DNA of 64,000 bases. Source: Chiloscyllium plagiosum. Lineage: Eukaryota. Both the position numbers and the translations under genes were made by a program. The notes under the pieces are model-generated. The model did no database searches, was not told the DNA's origin, and worked only from the letters and a program-made list of their open reading frames with translations. Where the stretch lies: positions 93,687,510 to 93,751,509 of the forward strand of contig NC_057719.1 of the NCBI RefSeq assembly GCF_004010195.1, given 5' to 3'. Positions within the stretch are counted from its first letter, which is position 1, and each line of letters starts with the position of its first letter. Shown piece by piece: positions 25,387-37,345 of this stretch.

Positions 25387-26040
25387 AGAAAGCAAGGCTG
25401 GAGACGTTCCAGCGAAAGAAAAGCAAGGCCTGAGATGTTACAGAGATAGGAAAGCACGGCTGGAGATGTTACAGAGAGAGGAAAGCCAAGTTTGGAGATG
25501 TTACAGTAAAAGGAAAGCACGGCTGGAGATGTTACACAGATGGGAAATCATGGCTGCAGATTTTACAGAGTCAGGAAAGTAAGAATGTAGATGTTACCGA
25601 CAGAGCAAAGCAAGGATGAAGATTTTACAGTGATAGGAATGCAAGGATGGAGATGTTACAGAGAGAGGAAAGCAAGGCTGGAGATGTTACTGTGATAGGA
25701 AAGCAAGGCAGGAGATGTTTCAGCGATTGGAAATCAAGGCTGGAGAAGTTACAGAGACAGGAAAGCACGGCTGGAGAAGTTACAGAGACAGGAAAACAAG
25801 GCTGGAGATGTTACAGAGAGAGGAAAGCAAGGCTGGAGATGTTACAGAGAGAGGAAAGCACGGCTGGAGTTGTTACAGAGATAGGAAAGCACGGCTGGAG
25901 TTGTTACAGAGATAGGAAAGCAAAGTTGGAGATGTTACAGAGATAGGAAAGCACGGCTGGAGATGTTACAGAGATAGGAGATCAAGGCTGGAGATGTTAC
26001 AGGTATAGAAAAAGCATGGCTAGAGATGGCTGAGAGATAG
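25387..26040 (+). repeat. 31-bp minisatellite, ~21 copies
   Basis: Consensus gaaagcaaggctggagatgttacagagatag (e.g. starts at 25450 and 25481). Confidence 0.95.
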
Positions 26041-26289
26041 CGTGGCCTGTGCATGCGAGAACAGGTTAGTGATATGTTTTTAAATTCATTCACAGAATAT
26101 GGGGAGAGGTGTTGCAGCTGGAGGTTAGAGAGATGGGGATGGTTGTAGGGGTTGGTGGTATTTACAGTGATAGATAGAGCTTGAGGATGAGATAAAGGTT
26201 GTGGAGATACGGAGGGTTACTGAGATACAGATGGATTTAGCAGCAGGAGGAGATGACCGACTGAGAGGGAGAAACCTACCAGCGGCAGA

Positions 26290-28230
26290 CACATTGATCG
26301 ATGACCATATTGGGAATGGTGACTGCCACACACAGTATTTCTGGAGACAAAGTCCCACTTTTGTGTGTGTGTGTGTGTGGACGAGAGAGACAGACACATT
26401 CACCGTGCTAAACGGGACAGATTTCGAAGAGATCTAGAACTCCACACTGGCCTGTGTGAGGTGATTCGGTCATTACCAATAGCAGCAGAATTGTACTCCA
26501 GCATAAGTTTCACTGTCATTGCCTGGCACATGCTCCACTTTACACTGACCATCAGGCCAGGGGATAAACTCTTGTTAAATGGAGAATACAGGAGGGCCTA
26601 CCAAGAGTACCACCAGGTACACCTCACAATGAGGTGATGTTACCAAACAGGACCACTTACTCACCAAATAGTATAAACAGCCAATGAAAGACAGACAGAC
26701 AGATCGAACCAACAAATCCGACCTAATCTCTGCAATCCCGTCTCATTCAGTCAGCATGAATTGTGTGGTCAATCAAACGACCCACTGGAGAAGTAGGATC
26801 CACAACCATCGCCTTCCTCAATGATGGACGGGCCCAGCACAACAATAGAAAAACTAACGCTGAAACGTTCACAACCATGTTCAGACAGAAGTGTCGATGG
26901 GATGATTTATTTTAGTCTCCTCCAGGTGGTAGTCTTCAGACAATTCGATCCACTGTGTGTGGTAACTCCAAATGGCTGTAGGTATGGGATAATGGCTGGG
27001 GGCCCCGATAACATTCCATTCAAGCTGTTCCTGCAGGGATATTGCGCTGGGGCCTACCCGACAATGTGGGAATCTATCCTGGTGTGTCCTATATACACAC
27101 ACAGACAAAACATCAGACAATCAATGACTGCCCCTTTGGTCTAATCCCTGTCACTAATAAAATGATGGAAGATGTCACCTACAGTGGGATCAAGCAGCAC
27201 TTCCTCAGCGCCAACCTGATCACTGAAGCTCAGTTTCAGCTCTCATTCCGTGTGTCCATCGAAGCCTTGGTTTAACGATGTACAGCAAGAGAACACATAG
27301 CTGAAATCTAGAGGTGAGGCAACAGTGACTGCACTTAACATCATCATAACTGCATTTGACCAAGCGTCATATTCAGGATTAACAGCAAAATTGGAGCAAA
27401 TAGGAATCGTCTGTACTGTCTGAATTTATACCTGATACAAAGGAAGGTAGCTGGGGTTGGAGGAGAGTAGCCATCTCAGCTCCAGGATAGCTCTGCAGCA
27501 GTTCCCCAGGGGAGGGGTTTCTGAGTAAACCTGTAGAGCAGAAATGGAAAGGTAAGGCAACATACCCCTACAGGATGGTAGGGTTGTTCTGTCGTTAGAC
27601 AGAGACGAGTGGCGGTAGTTTAACTGGATAGTCATCACGCCTCAAGCAAGGAGAGGTTGCATAGGGTAGCCCTTTTCAGTCACTTCAATCAGTGCAGAAT
27701 TGAACCCACACTGTTGGTATTAGTCTGCATTACAAACTAGCCGTCCAACTGATTCAGCTAACCAAGTCCTCACTCAGCTCCTTGGGGAAGATACTGTAAC
27801 GTTATTCTGTTCAGATATGTTGTTAGAAACCTCTGGAGCAGGTGGAACAAGAAGCAAGCTTCCCACCTCTGAGAAAGGGACAGCATCAGTGAGCTATAAG
27901 AGTGCTCTCTGCCCAAGGCCCAATAGTTTTCAGCTGCTTCATAAATGACTGTAAAATCACAAGTGGGGATGCTTGCCAATGATTGGACAGTCTTCAACAC
28001 CATTCGGGATTTACTCAGATACTGAAGCAGTCTTTGTCCAAATGCAACAAGGACCTGGAAATATGCAGGTGTGTGCTTAACAGTGACAAGTACCGTTTCC
28101 ATTACACACATGCCAGACAACGATTACTTCTAACAATAAAGAATTCAACCATATCCTTTCACGTTAAGTGCCACCAAGATCACTGAACACCCACCTAGCA
28201 GTATCCCGGGGATTACCGTTAACCATATCC
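26290..28230 (+). mobile_element. Old LINE (second CR1/L2-group family) EN-RT relic, interrupted by a SINE
   Basis: KMMEDVTYSGIKQHFLSANLITEAQFQ-type RT motifs; related to 4180-4590. Confidence 0.6.
27560..27765 (-). mobile_element. tRNA-derived SINE (LF-SINE-like head)
   Basis: Minus strand ggttagctgaatcagttggacggctagtttgtaatgcag...gtgggttcaattc (A/B boxes). Confidence 0.5.
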
Positions 28231-28593
28231 AGACTAACCATATGATTTCATTACCCATTCCTGTGAAGGGCTTATGCTAAAACATCGACTCTTCTGTACC
28301 TCAGATGCTGCCTGACCTGTTGTGTTTTCAAGCGGCACACTTTGACGCGTATAAATTCATTGGCTACAAGAATATGGCAGGGGCTAGAAATCCTGCAGGA
28401 ATAACTCACTTCAAAATTACACAGGCGGTAAAATGTTTGTTGTGAACAACTGAAGGGATTGCTGTTGGAAACAATCTGTCAGTCTCTCAGAGGCATGTCC
28501 TACATACCTAGCTGACACAGACACTAACATTCACATTCCACATTACTAAGCTCTGAGATAGACAGAAGCATTTCAAAATGTACTCATATCTAC

Positions 28594-28797
28594 ATAGAAC
28601 ATAGAACATAGAAGAATACAGCGCAGTACAGGCCCTTCGGCCCTCGATGTTGCGCTGATCCAAGCCCACCTAACCTACACTAGCCCACTATCCTCCATAT
28701 GCCTATCCAATGCCCGCTTAAATGCCCATAATGAGGGAGAGTCCACCACTGCTACTGGCAGGGCATTCCATGAACTCACGACTCGCTGAGTAAAGAA
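28594..28797 (-). mobile_element. Young CR1 3' end
   Basis: (ACATAGA)n tail followed by tacaggcccttcggccctcgatg. Confidence 0.85.
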
Positions 28798-29242
28798 ACA
28801 TGTTTAAACACACAGTGATATTGTTGCCACGGAAACGACTATTAACTGCAGATGCTGGAGATCAGAGTCAAAAAATGCAGTTCTGAAAAAAACACAGCCG
28901 TTCAGGCAGCATCTGAGGAGCAGGAGAGTCGATTTTTAGTTCACAATATAATACAAGGGAAAATAATTGTATATTTTCAAAGTCCTTGTACTTAATAATA
29001 GTTTGGTCTTGGGTGTGGTAATGAGATTCATCATTTCAATGCTCCTTACTGTGAGTTGAGCACTGTTTTCATGATATTGTTGTTATAAATGTGAACGGAA
29101 TAAATGGGTGGATTTTGTGCATATTGGACAGTCTGAAAGTTGGTATTATAAAAAGTTATCGGACCTTCAGTAAAGAGACTTTGCTGTTAATGGTTAGAAC
29201 AATGCTGCAAACATTTACGCAGAGATTTCCAGCTCAAGTTAC

Positions 29243-29876
29243 ACACAAGGGCTGGGATGATGCTGGCCATCAATGGAGCTGCACAATTCTGTATGGATAC
29301 TGGCATTGTGGACCTAAAATACACTGGATATCATTTATAAGGGATTCAATGTGAGATGCCATATGCTGCTCGAACCCATCACCTTTATAACACTTTCATT
29401 CAGGATTGGGTCCAAGGTGCAGAATTACAGAGTTTCGGTGGCACACAAGAAATGATATACTTGCAAGACATGGTTGTTTACAGGCCATTGTTACAAATGT
29501 TGAACTGCATCTGGAACATGGCCATGTGCTCGTTCATTGACCAATCTGCCCCACACACATCTCCCTGTTGTTTAGGTATGTTTGTCACCAGTCTATTGTG
29601 AGGGATTGTGTCAGGACCTGCCCAGCTCCAGTGTGGAAGTTCTGTGGAGAGATTTTGGAGATGATCAGTGTTTTGGAGGTCGTGGTTAGGGCCAGTAACA
29701 CTCTGTCTGAATTCAGGCTTTTTTTCACAAAGTTATTTCCAACAGCTTTGCTGCCTGCAACATGTTGTGTTCACTGTTCGGAACATGAATCAGCTGTTTA
29801 CTATAGTCACTGAATTGTGTAATGGTTAGCTGTGTACTCTGGTAATTCAATTATTGTACAATTCAAGTATTTTCAA
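29243..29876 (-). pseudogene. Third, more diverged copy (C) of the micro-exon cassette: 17-bp exon 29860-29876, GCAG exon from 29754, 71-bp exon 29243-29313 (STMPVSIQNCAAPLMASIIPALV)
   Basis: ctgcctgcaacat...cggaaca and flanks match 8470-8575; the 71-bp exon has acceptor gtattttag, donor gtaact and the same 2-to-1 phase as 3111-3208. Confidence 0.4.
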
Positions 29877-30489
29877 CTGAAAAACAATGATGTTTCCTTT
29901 ATTTTAAAGTATGTAAGAAACAAAGTGATACTAACTTCATTACACAAAATGTAAAAATAACCTGTTGTATATTTCCCACGGACTAATCAAGCAACAGTCA
30001 GATATAGCCTGTAAAGCAGGAGTGTAAACAGAACTATGTCCCAGGCAACATCACCATCCTCTCTGGTAGATTGTGTCCCATTGACAGGATACAGCCAGGC
30101 AGAGAGGTCAGCTCCTTGGTATATAGTCATTATCATGCTCAGCATTGATGCTGGATCCTGTGGCTGCTAGACTGCTCTGCGGCTGGTTATGGTGGAATAA
30201 ATAAAAGGGAAACATATAATTGCCACATCATCACAAATCTGCCAACTGCAGATACACCTCTCCATTACATATTTCGGTAAGAATGGTCACTGCACAGTCC
30301 TTTTGGGGAGCAAGGCCTTCCTTCCCATTTTGCTGACCCTTCTCATCATGATATGTACCCTCCTGGGTAATGAATAGGACAGGCTGTAAACAGATTGAGC
30401 AACAAATGATGATGCATCCATGAGGTGCAATGGGCCATTGGAAGCAGCAGAATCATACTCTGTACGACTCATACAGTTTGCAACCTCAC

Positions 30490-30722
30490 AGCCCGACATT
30501 ACCTCCCACTGTACAATAACCATCAGGGCCCAACACACCTCCCACTGTACTGTAACCATCACGGCCCGACACACCTCCCACTGTACAATAACCATCACGG
30601 CCCAACACACCTCCCACTGTACTGTAACCAGCACGGCCCGACATACCTCCCACTGTACAGTAACCATCACGGCTCGACATACCTCCCACAATACAGTAAC
30701 CGTCACGGCCCGACATGCCTCT
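30490..30722 (+). repeat. 36-bp minisatellite, ~6 copies
   Basis: acctcccactgtacagtaaccatcacggcccgacac at 30501, 30537, 30573, 30609, 30645 and 30681. Confidence 0.95.
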
Positions 30723-30729
30723 CGACATA

Positions 30730-31970
30730 GGGTCAGCTGCAGACTTGGACAGAGAAAACACAGATGTAACCTTATTTGGACACCATCGGACAGAACAGGA
30801 CTACACACCGCAAAAAAACGGCTCTAAAAGAAAAAAAATGGCCAAACTAACACACAACAGAGAGGACACCACAACACACACCTGGGTTAGATACCTCTCA
30901 CAACAGACAGCTCGCAGACACGGAAAGAACAATACTGGCCAAGGCACTCAACTACAACCACAGGGACGCCAGGACAGCTGACTTCCTAGCAGCACTAGAA
31001 TGCACACTCAGGAACAATGGACTGACAGAAGAGACACAACAAACAATGAGTCAAAGTATCGTACCTCTGATAACAAGGAAAAGACAAACAGATAACCTCA
31101 ATACCAAGGAGAATGAAGCACGATAATCACTAAGAAACGATAAGAACATAATCATACTACCAGCAGACAAAGGTAGAATGACAGTCATCCTAGACAAAGC
31201 AGACTGCATCCAAAACGCGCAACAACTACTTACAGATACCAACACCTACCAAAAGAGGGAGTTTGACCCCACCCCACAGCTCACCAATAGGATAAACAAC
31301 ACACTGAGGAACCTACAAAAAAAAAGGACAGCTAACCAGGTTTGACCTAAAAAAAATTAAACCTGAAAGCAAAACACCCCCAGATTCTATGGACTACCTA
31401 AAGTGCACAAACCAGTCATCCCATAGTATCACTACCAGGGACACCATCACACAAACTGGCTACAGAACTACAGCAGAAACTGAAACACGTGATCAGCAGA
31501 TCCTGACAATCTATACAATCACCACAGGAATTCATGGACATCATCAGAAATATACACATAGACAAGGAAGAAACCATGGTCTCATTCAATGTAATGGCAC
31601 TGTTCACCTCTATCGACAAAACCCTAGCCAGAGAAACAATAGCCAACCTGCTGGACATACAGAACTGACAACAGGACGTTGAACCGATCAACAAAGATGG
31701 CATACTCAAACTACTGGACCTGTGCCTCACAACACACTTCACATTCAACAACCAAATATATGAACAAATCAACGGCACACCCATGGGCTCATCCATCTCT
31801 GGACTCATAGCAGAAGCGGTAATGCAAATATTAGAACAAACAATCTTATCGCAAATTCAACCCAAATTCTGGGTCAGATATGTGGATGACACCTTTGTAA
31901 TCATTAAAAACACAGAAATAGAGAACACACACCGGATCATCAACGCCACACTCACAGGAATCCGATTCAC
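30730..31970 (+). mobile_element. Penelope-like (Poseidon/Penelope-type) RT, disrupted
   Basis: RFYGLPKVHK, MVSFNVMALFTSI, YEQINGTPMGSSISG, RYVDDTF (YVDD at 31879-31890), with stops and frameshifts. Confidence 0.9.
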
Positions 31971-32269
31971 CTGTCAAATTGGAGTCACATGTAAGCCAGA
32001 TTGGGTAAGGATGGCAGTTTCCTTCCCTAAAGAACATTAGTGAACCAGATAATTTTTCCAACAATGGTTTCATGGTCATCATTTGATTCTTAATTCCAGA
32101 CTTTTTTTGTTGAATTCAATTTCTGTCATAATTCCTGGGTCTCTTGATCTCATACAACCTTTCTAGAAATTGAATGCATTGTCCTGCTTTCTCCCTAAAT
32201 CCATAAATACTTTATTTAACTCCTTCGTGAAAATATAAATTCTTTTAGCTGCAATCGCTTTTTGTGACA

Positions 32270-33620
32270 GAATTGGTGAGGACACTTTTGGATATACTGT
32301 ACAGTTCTGGTCGCTCTGCTATAAGAAGGACATTGTTAAATTGCAGAGAGTTCAGAAAAGATTTACCAGGTTGTTGTTGGGACTGGTGGATTTGAGTTAT
32401 AGGGAGAGGTTGGATAGGGTAGGACTTTTTTCATTGGAACATAGAGGGTTGAGGGGTGACCTTATAGAGATTTATAAAATCATGAGGGGCATAGATAAGG
32501 TGAATAGCAAAGGTCTTTTCCCTTTGGTGGGGGGAGTTCAAAACAAGGGGGCATATTTTTAATGTGACAGGAGAAAGATTTGAAAGGAACATGAGGGTCA
32601 ACTTTTTCACATAAAGGGTGGTCCCTATGTTAGATGAACTGCCAGGGGAATGATTGATGCAGATAGGGTTACAACATTTAAAGACATTTGAACAGTACAT
32701 GAATAGGAAATGTTAGGAGAAAGTGAGGACTGCAGATGCTGGAGATCAGAGTCGAGAGTGTGGTGCTGGAAAAGCATAGCAGGTCAGGCAGCATCCGAGG
32801 AGCAGGAGAGTCGATGTTTCGGGCATAAGTCCTTCATTATGTCTGAAACACCAATTCTTCTGGTCTTTGGATGCTGCCTGACCTGCTGTGCTTTTCCAGC
32901 ACCACACTCTCGAATAAAAAGGTTGCCAAACGCAGGCAAGTTTAAACTTGGTTGGCATGGACAAGTTGGACCAAAGGGTCCGTTTCCATGCTGTATGACT
33001 CTATGATTCTAATTCAACAGGCTCACCACTCTCAGGGTGAAGAAAATTCTCTTCATCGCATCCAAAATGGTCTACCTAGTTTCCTTGGACTGTAATCTCT
33101 GGTGCTGGATTCCCTGGTTACTGGAAACATCCTTTCTGCCTTTACCCTAGTAAGTCATGTTAAAATTTTATAAGTTTCTATGAGATAACCTCTTCCCCCA
33201 CAATTCTTCTAAGCTTCAGTGAATATAGTCCAACCGAGCCAGTCTGTCTTCATTTAAGTCAATCCTACCAACCCAGGCATCAGCCTGGTAAGACTTTTGT
33301 TGCACTCTTTCATAGCCACAAAATCCTTCCTGCGATAGGAGACCAAAACTGCATACAAGACCATATACAACTGCAGAAAGACATCCCTACTCCTGTACAT
33401 GAATTTTCTTGCTATAATGGCCAACATACCATTTGCCTTCTTCACTGCCTGCTGCGCTGCCATGCTTTCAGTGACTAATGTACAAGGATACCCAGGTGGT
33501 GTTGCAACTTCCCCTTTACTAATTAATTGCCATTCCAGTGATAATCTGCAGTCCTGCTTTTTCTCCCAAATTGGGTAACCTCACATTTATTTACATAAAA
33601 CTTTGTTGGGCATACATTTG
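32270..33620. mobile_element. CR1 3' fragments (plus 32270-33010 with an inverted PLE-repeat pair at 32718-32912; minus 33015-33620)
   Basis: RGDLIEIYKIMRG on plus; VKKANGMLA on minus. Confidence 0.85.
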
Positions 33621-33995
33621 CTCTGCAAACCTCCTCCTCTATTTTTCTCATAAGCCTATTTACACAAATAGTGTAATCACAACCTTTTTACTTCCCAAAG
33701 CCAACCAAATGGATTTTCTCCTTACTCCAGTAAAAAAAATTATTTCCCAACATTCAATTGTTCTCTAATCTGTTCTGCAAACACATTTTCCTATGTTTTC
33801 TTGGCTATCTTTTCTGAACATTTTCGGTATTCTAGAACTGAATTTTACTGGACACCATATTCTCCTGGCCAATATGTTAGTCAGGAGGCTGCTGACAAGG
33901 TGTTCTCAGCCCTGCAGTCATTTAGGCCTGAGGGTTAGCTCAGGCCAAGATATTCACACTCATCTGAGGAGGACGGTTCACTTTATAAAGCTGCC

Positions 33996-34090
33996 ATTCC
34001 TGAAGAAGGGCTCATGCCCGAAACGTCGATTCTCCTGCTCCTTGGATGCTGCCTGACCTGCTGCGCTTTTCCAGCAACACATTTTCAGCT
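33996..34090 (+). ncRNA. Minimal hammerhead ribozyme in a Penelope-derived repeat
   Basis: CTGAAGA-A-GGGC-TCAT-GCCC-GAAA-CGTC at 34000-34027: intact core and GUC cleavage triplet. Confidence 0.75.
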
Positions 34091-34339
34091 GCCAACCAAT
34101 CAAATTGACTGGTAACTCTGTAGTCCCAGAAACACCAGTTTTAAACAGTGGTCACTGACTGGTAGACCCCATTGAGGGATGTGACAGTGCAGTGCCAGAT
34201 ATGAGACGCCAGTGAGCAAGTTCAATGGGGCATGATCTTGAGTCAGGCACAGGGGATTTTCAAAAGAATTTCACCATTAATTTGCCTTACAACAGCTTAC
34301 TTAATTTTTATTTAGAAAACAAATGGGCTGCCTAATTCA

Positions 34340-34700
34340 TTTTGTTCAGTCATGGGATGTGGGTATCACTGCCTTAGGCCAACATTTATTTCCCATGCCT
34401 AATTGCCCTTGAGTGGCTTGCTTGACTATTTCAGAAGACAGTTAAAAATCAACCATAATACTGTGGGTCTGGAGTTACCCATAGACCAGACCAGGTAAGG
34501 ACAGCAGATTTCTGTCACAAAAGGTGGATTTTTATGACAATCAACAGTGGTTACATGTTCGCCATTATGTTTACTTTTAATTCCAGATACAAATTTCAAT
34601 ATCTGGCATGGGGGGGGGGGATTTCAAACCCACATCCCCAGAGTATTTTTCAGGGCTCTAAATGACTAGCCCAATGGCATAACTACTATGCCACCACCTT
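34340..34700 (-). mobile_element. Deu-domain (SacSINE1-like) SINE
   Basis: gtgggtctggagttacccatagaccagaccaggtaaggacagcagatt core; tRNA-like head at the 34700 end. Confidence 0.65.
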
Positions 34701-34804
34701 ACTTCCTCAGCTGCCCTCTCTTGCGAATAAAATGATGACAGGGTTGGAATGAAGCTCTGGCCATGTAAAGGCCTCAATATGCCACAAGGTTGAATGGACT
34801 GCCT

Positions 34805-35230
34805 GATGTTTGCCTGGAATGGAGAATAGGTCGTACGAGGATAGGTTGAGAGTTCTCGGTCTTTTCTCGTTGGAACGGCGAAGGATGAGGGGTGACTTGA
34901 TAGAGGTTTATAAGATGATCAGAGGAATAGATAGAGTAGACTGTCAGAAACTTTTTCCCCGGGTACAACAGAGTGGTACAAGGGGACATAAATTTAAGGT
35001 GAAGGGTGGAAGGTATAGGGGGGATGTCAGGGATAGGTTCTTTACCCAGAGAGTGGTGGGGGCATGGAATGCGGTGCCTGTGGGTGTGGCAGAGTCAGAA
35101 TCATTGGTGACCTTTAAGCGTCAATTGGATAGGTACATGGATGGGTGCTTAATCTAGGACAAATGTTCGGCGCAACATCATGGGCCGAAGGGCCTGTTCT
35201 GTGCTGTATTGTTCTATGTTCGATGTTCTA
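34805..35230 (+). mobile_element. Young CR1 3' end
   Basis: ORF 34810-35157 (RGDLIEVYKMIRGIDRVD) and a ttctatg tail. Confidence 0.9.
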
Positions 35231-35239
35231 TGACTCATA

Positions 35240-35815
35240 ACAGCACACAAACCAACAGCCACTCTCAAACAACACCTCACCAGAACGAAGGACCCGATAC
35301 CCAGCATGAGCAAAAACAAAGTAGTGTACAAAATCCCATGCAAGGACTGCACAAAACACTACATAGGACAAACAGGAAGACACCTAACGATCCGCATCCA
35401 TGAACACCAACTAGCCACGAAACGACACGACCAGCTATCCCTAGTAGCCACACACGCAGATGACAAGCAACATGAGTTCGACGGGGACAACACTGCTATT
35501 ATAGGACAAGCCAAACAGAGAACAGCCATGGAATTCCTAGAGGCATGGCACTCAAACACAGATTCAATCAATAAGCACATCGACTTGCACCCAATATACC
35601 GACCACTGCAACGGACAGCTGGAATTGACAATCGGAAGTGGCAGATTCAAACTACTATAAATGGCGGAGGAAAAATCACAGAAGCGCTTCACATGAGGCT
35701 CCCGAGCACTGAGGATGTCACCTAGACAGGGGACGAAACGACTGCACACAAATTCCCAGCTTGGCGAACAGAACCACAACAACGAGCACCCGAGCTTCAC
35801 ATCTTCTCACAAACT
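35240..35815 (+). mobile_element. Penelope GIY-YIG endonuclease plus pLTR with a hammerhead (35706-35745)
   Basis: VVYKIPCKDCTKHYIGQTGRHLTIRIHEH...FLEAW; GCA-CTGAGGA-TGTCACCTAGACAGGGGAC-GAAA-CGAC-TGC (triplet mutated). Confidence 0.9.
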
Positions 35816-35819
35816 TTAT

Positions 35820-36590
35820 TTGGACAACTGTGTCGTGCTGCATTTTAGAATTTCTAATGCAAGAGAGAAGTTAACAGTAGATGGCAAAACTACTGGCCGC
35901 ATCAACATCCGAAGAGATCTTGGTGTACAGCTCCACAGTCCCCTGAAAGTGGCAACACGGGTGGATAGGGTGATCAAGAAAACTGATGGCAAACTTGCAG
36001 ACATGCATCGGAGCATGCAGTATGAAAATTAGCAGGTCATATTGCAGCTGCAGAGAAACCTAAATCGGGCACATTTGGAATATTGAGTACAGTACTGGTT
36101 GCCACACGATGTTGAAGTGCTGGAGAGGGTATGGAAAACTTTAACCAGCATGTTGTCTGGTTTGTAGGGTATTAGCCAGAAGGAGAATTTGAACAAACAT
36201 AGTTTGTGTGCACCTGGGCATCATTGGCTATGGGGCTACCTGATAGATATTTACAAAGCTATCAGAGGCATAGATAGAAGGACAGTTATAGGCTTTTTCC
36301 CCAGAGTAGAAATATCAATTACTCAGGACTGTAGGTTTTAGGTAAAAGGGAAAAAATTCAGGTGATATGATCGATAAGTTTTTTTTGCTGTTCCAGACAG
36401 AATGTGAAAGTGCCTGGAATGCACAGAGATAGGGGGAGAAGTTAATACAGCAGGTTTAAGAGGTATCTTGTTACAGAGATGAGAAAGTAGCGAATAGATT
36501 GACATAGAATGTGTTGAAGCAGAAACTTTTGTTTTAACTTCAGTGCGGGCTTGCTGGGATGAAGGGCCTGTTCCTGTGCTGGACTGTTCT
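35820..36590 (+). mobile_element. CR1 3' fragment
   Basis: RDLGVQLHSPLKVATRVDRVIKK; 3' tail gggcctgttcctgtgct. Confidence 0.85.
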
Positions 36591-36980
36591 TTAAGACAAG
36601 ATTTGAGCGCAGGAGTGGCGAGATGCTGACTGAATGATTACTGATGATCAACAGACACATTATTGTTGATCTCTCCTTGTCAATTTGCAGCTCCATATCC
36701 TCCCTCCCACTGTGGGGAAACTCAATATGGAGAATTTGACATGAAAGTCAGAGCTGGTTACTGGTGACTCCATCTCGCCCCATGCTCCTGTGGCCTTCTA
36801 TCTTGGACAACAACGTCTCGGGGGATACTGCACTGACAGAAGCTGCATGTCATCCACACCCACCAATACTGGCATCTGTCACATGCCAGCTACACTATGC
36901 CATCCCAGCACATCTCTGACCCACTGACAGTACACTTCTGTACTTCAGTGCTGCAGCTCAGGGTGCACTGACAACTCTCA

Positions 36981-37255
36981 TTGCAATGCTGCTGCAAGGG
37001 CAATGTGCTCAGGAGCACAAACCCACCACATGGACTGACCCTGTGGGCTGCTCACTCCATGTTTGTACACACTCAATGCTGCTGCACGGACACTATGCTC
37101 AGGGACACACACCCAGCTCATGATATGTCCCTCTGGCTGCTCACTCCATGTTTGTACACACTCAATGCTGCTGCAAGGACACTGTGCTCTGGGAAACACA
37201 CCCAGCTCATGGAATGTCCCCCTGGGCTGCTCACTCCGTGTTTGTACACACTCAC
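36981..37255 (+). repeat. ~89-bp tandem repeat x3
   Basis: ctcaatgctgctgca...ctgctcactccatgtttgtacaca at ~36981, 37072 and 37161. Confidence 0.9.
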
Positions 37256-37345
37256 TTTGAGCTGACTTGAATACTCACAGAATTATAGCGTTAACTCACC
37301 CTGCCCTCAGCGGTATTTCCCGTCAGCCAGAGCTACCAGGCTCAC

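Noticed and set aside
28811..28850. CACAGTG heptamers as V(D)J recombination signals
   Set aside because: No ACAAAAACC-like nonamer at 12/23 spacing in those I checked, and no V/J segments.
29091..29813. Chain of plus-strand ORFs
   Set aside because: No recognisable domain, interrupted by stops, and better explained as the antisense of cassette copy C.
30490..30722. 36-bp repeats as a CRISPR array, or ORFs 30287-30827 as a repeat protein
   Set aside because: Units are directly adjacent with no unique spacers, there are no cas genes and the context is eukaryotic; the ORFs are stop-free read-through of the array.
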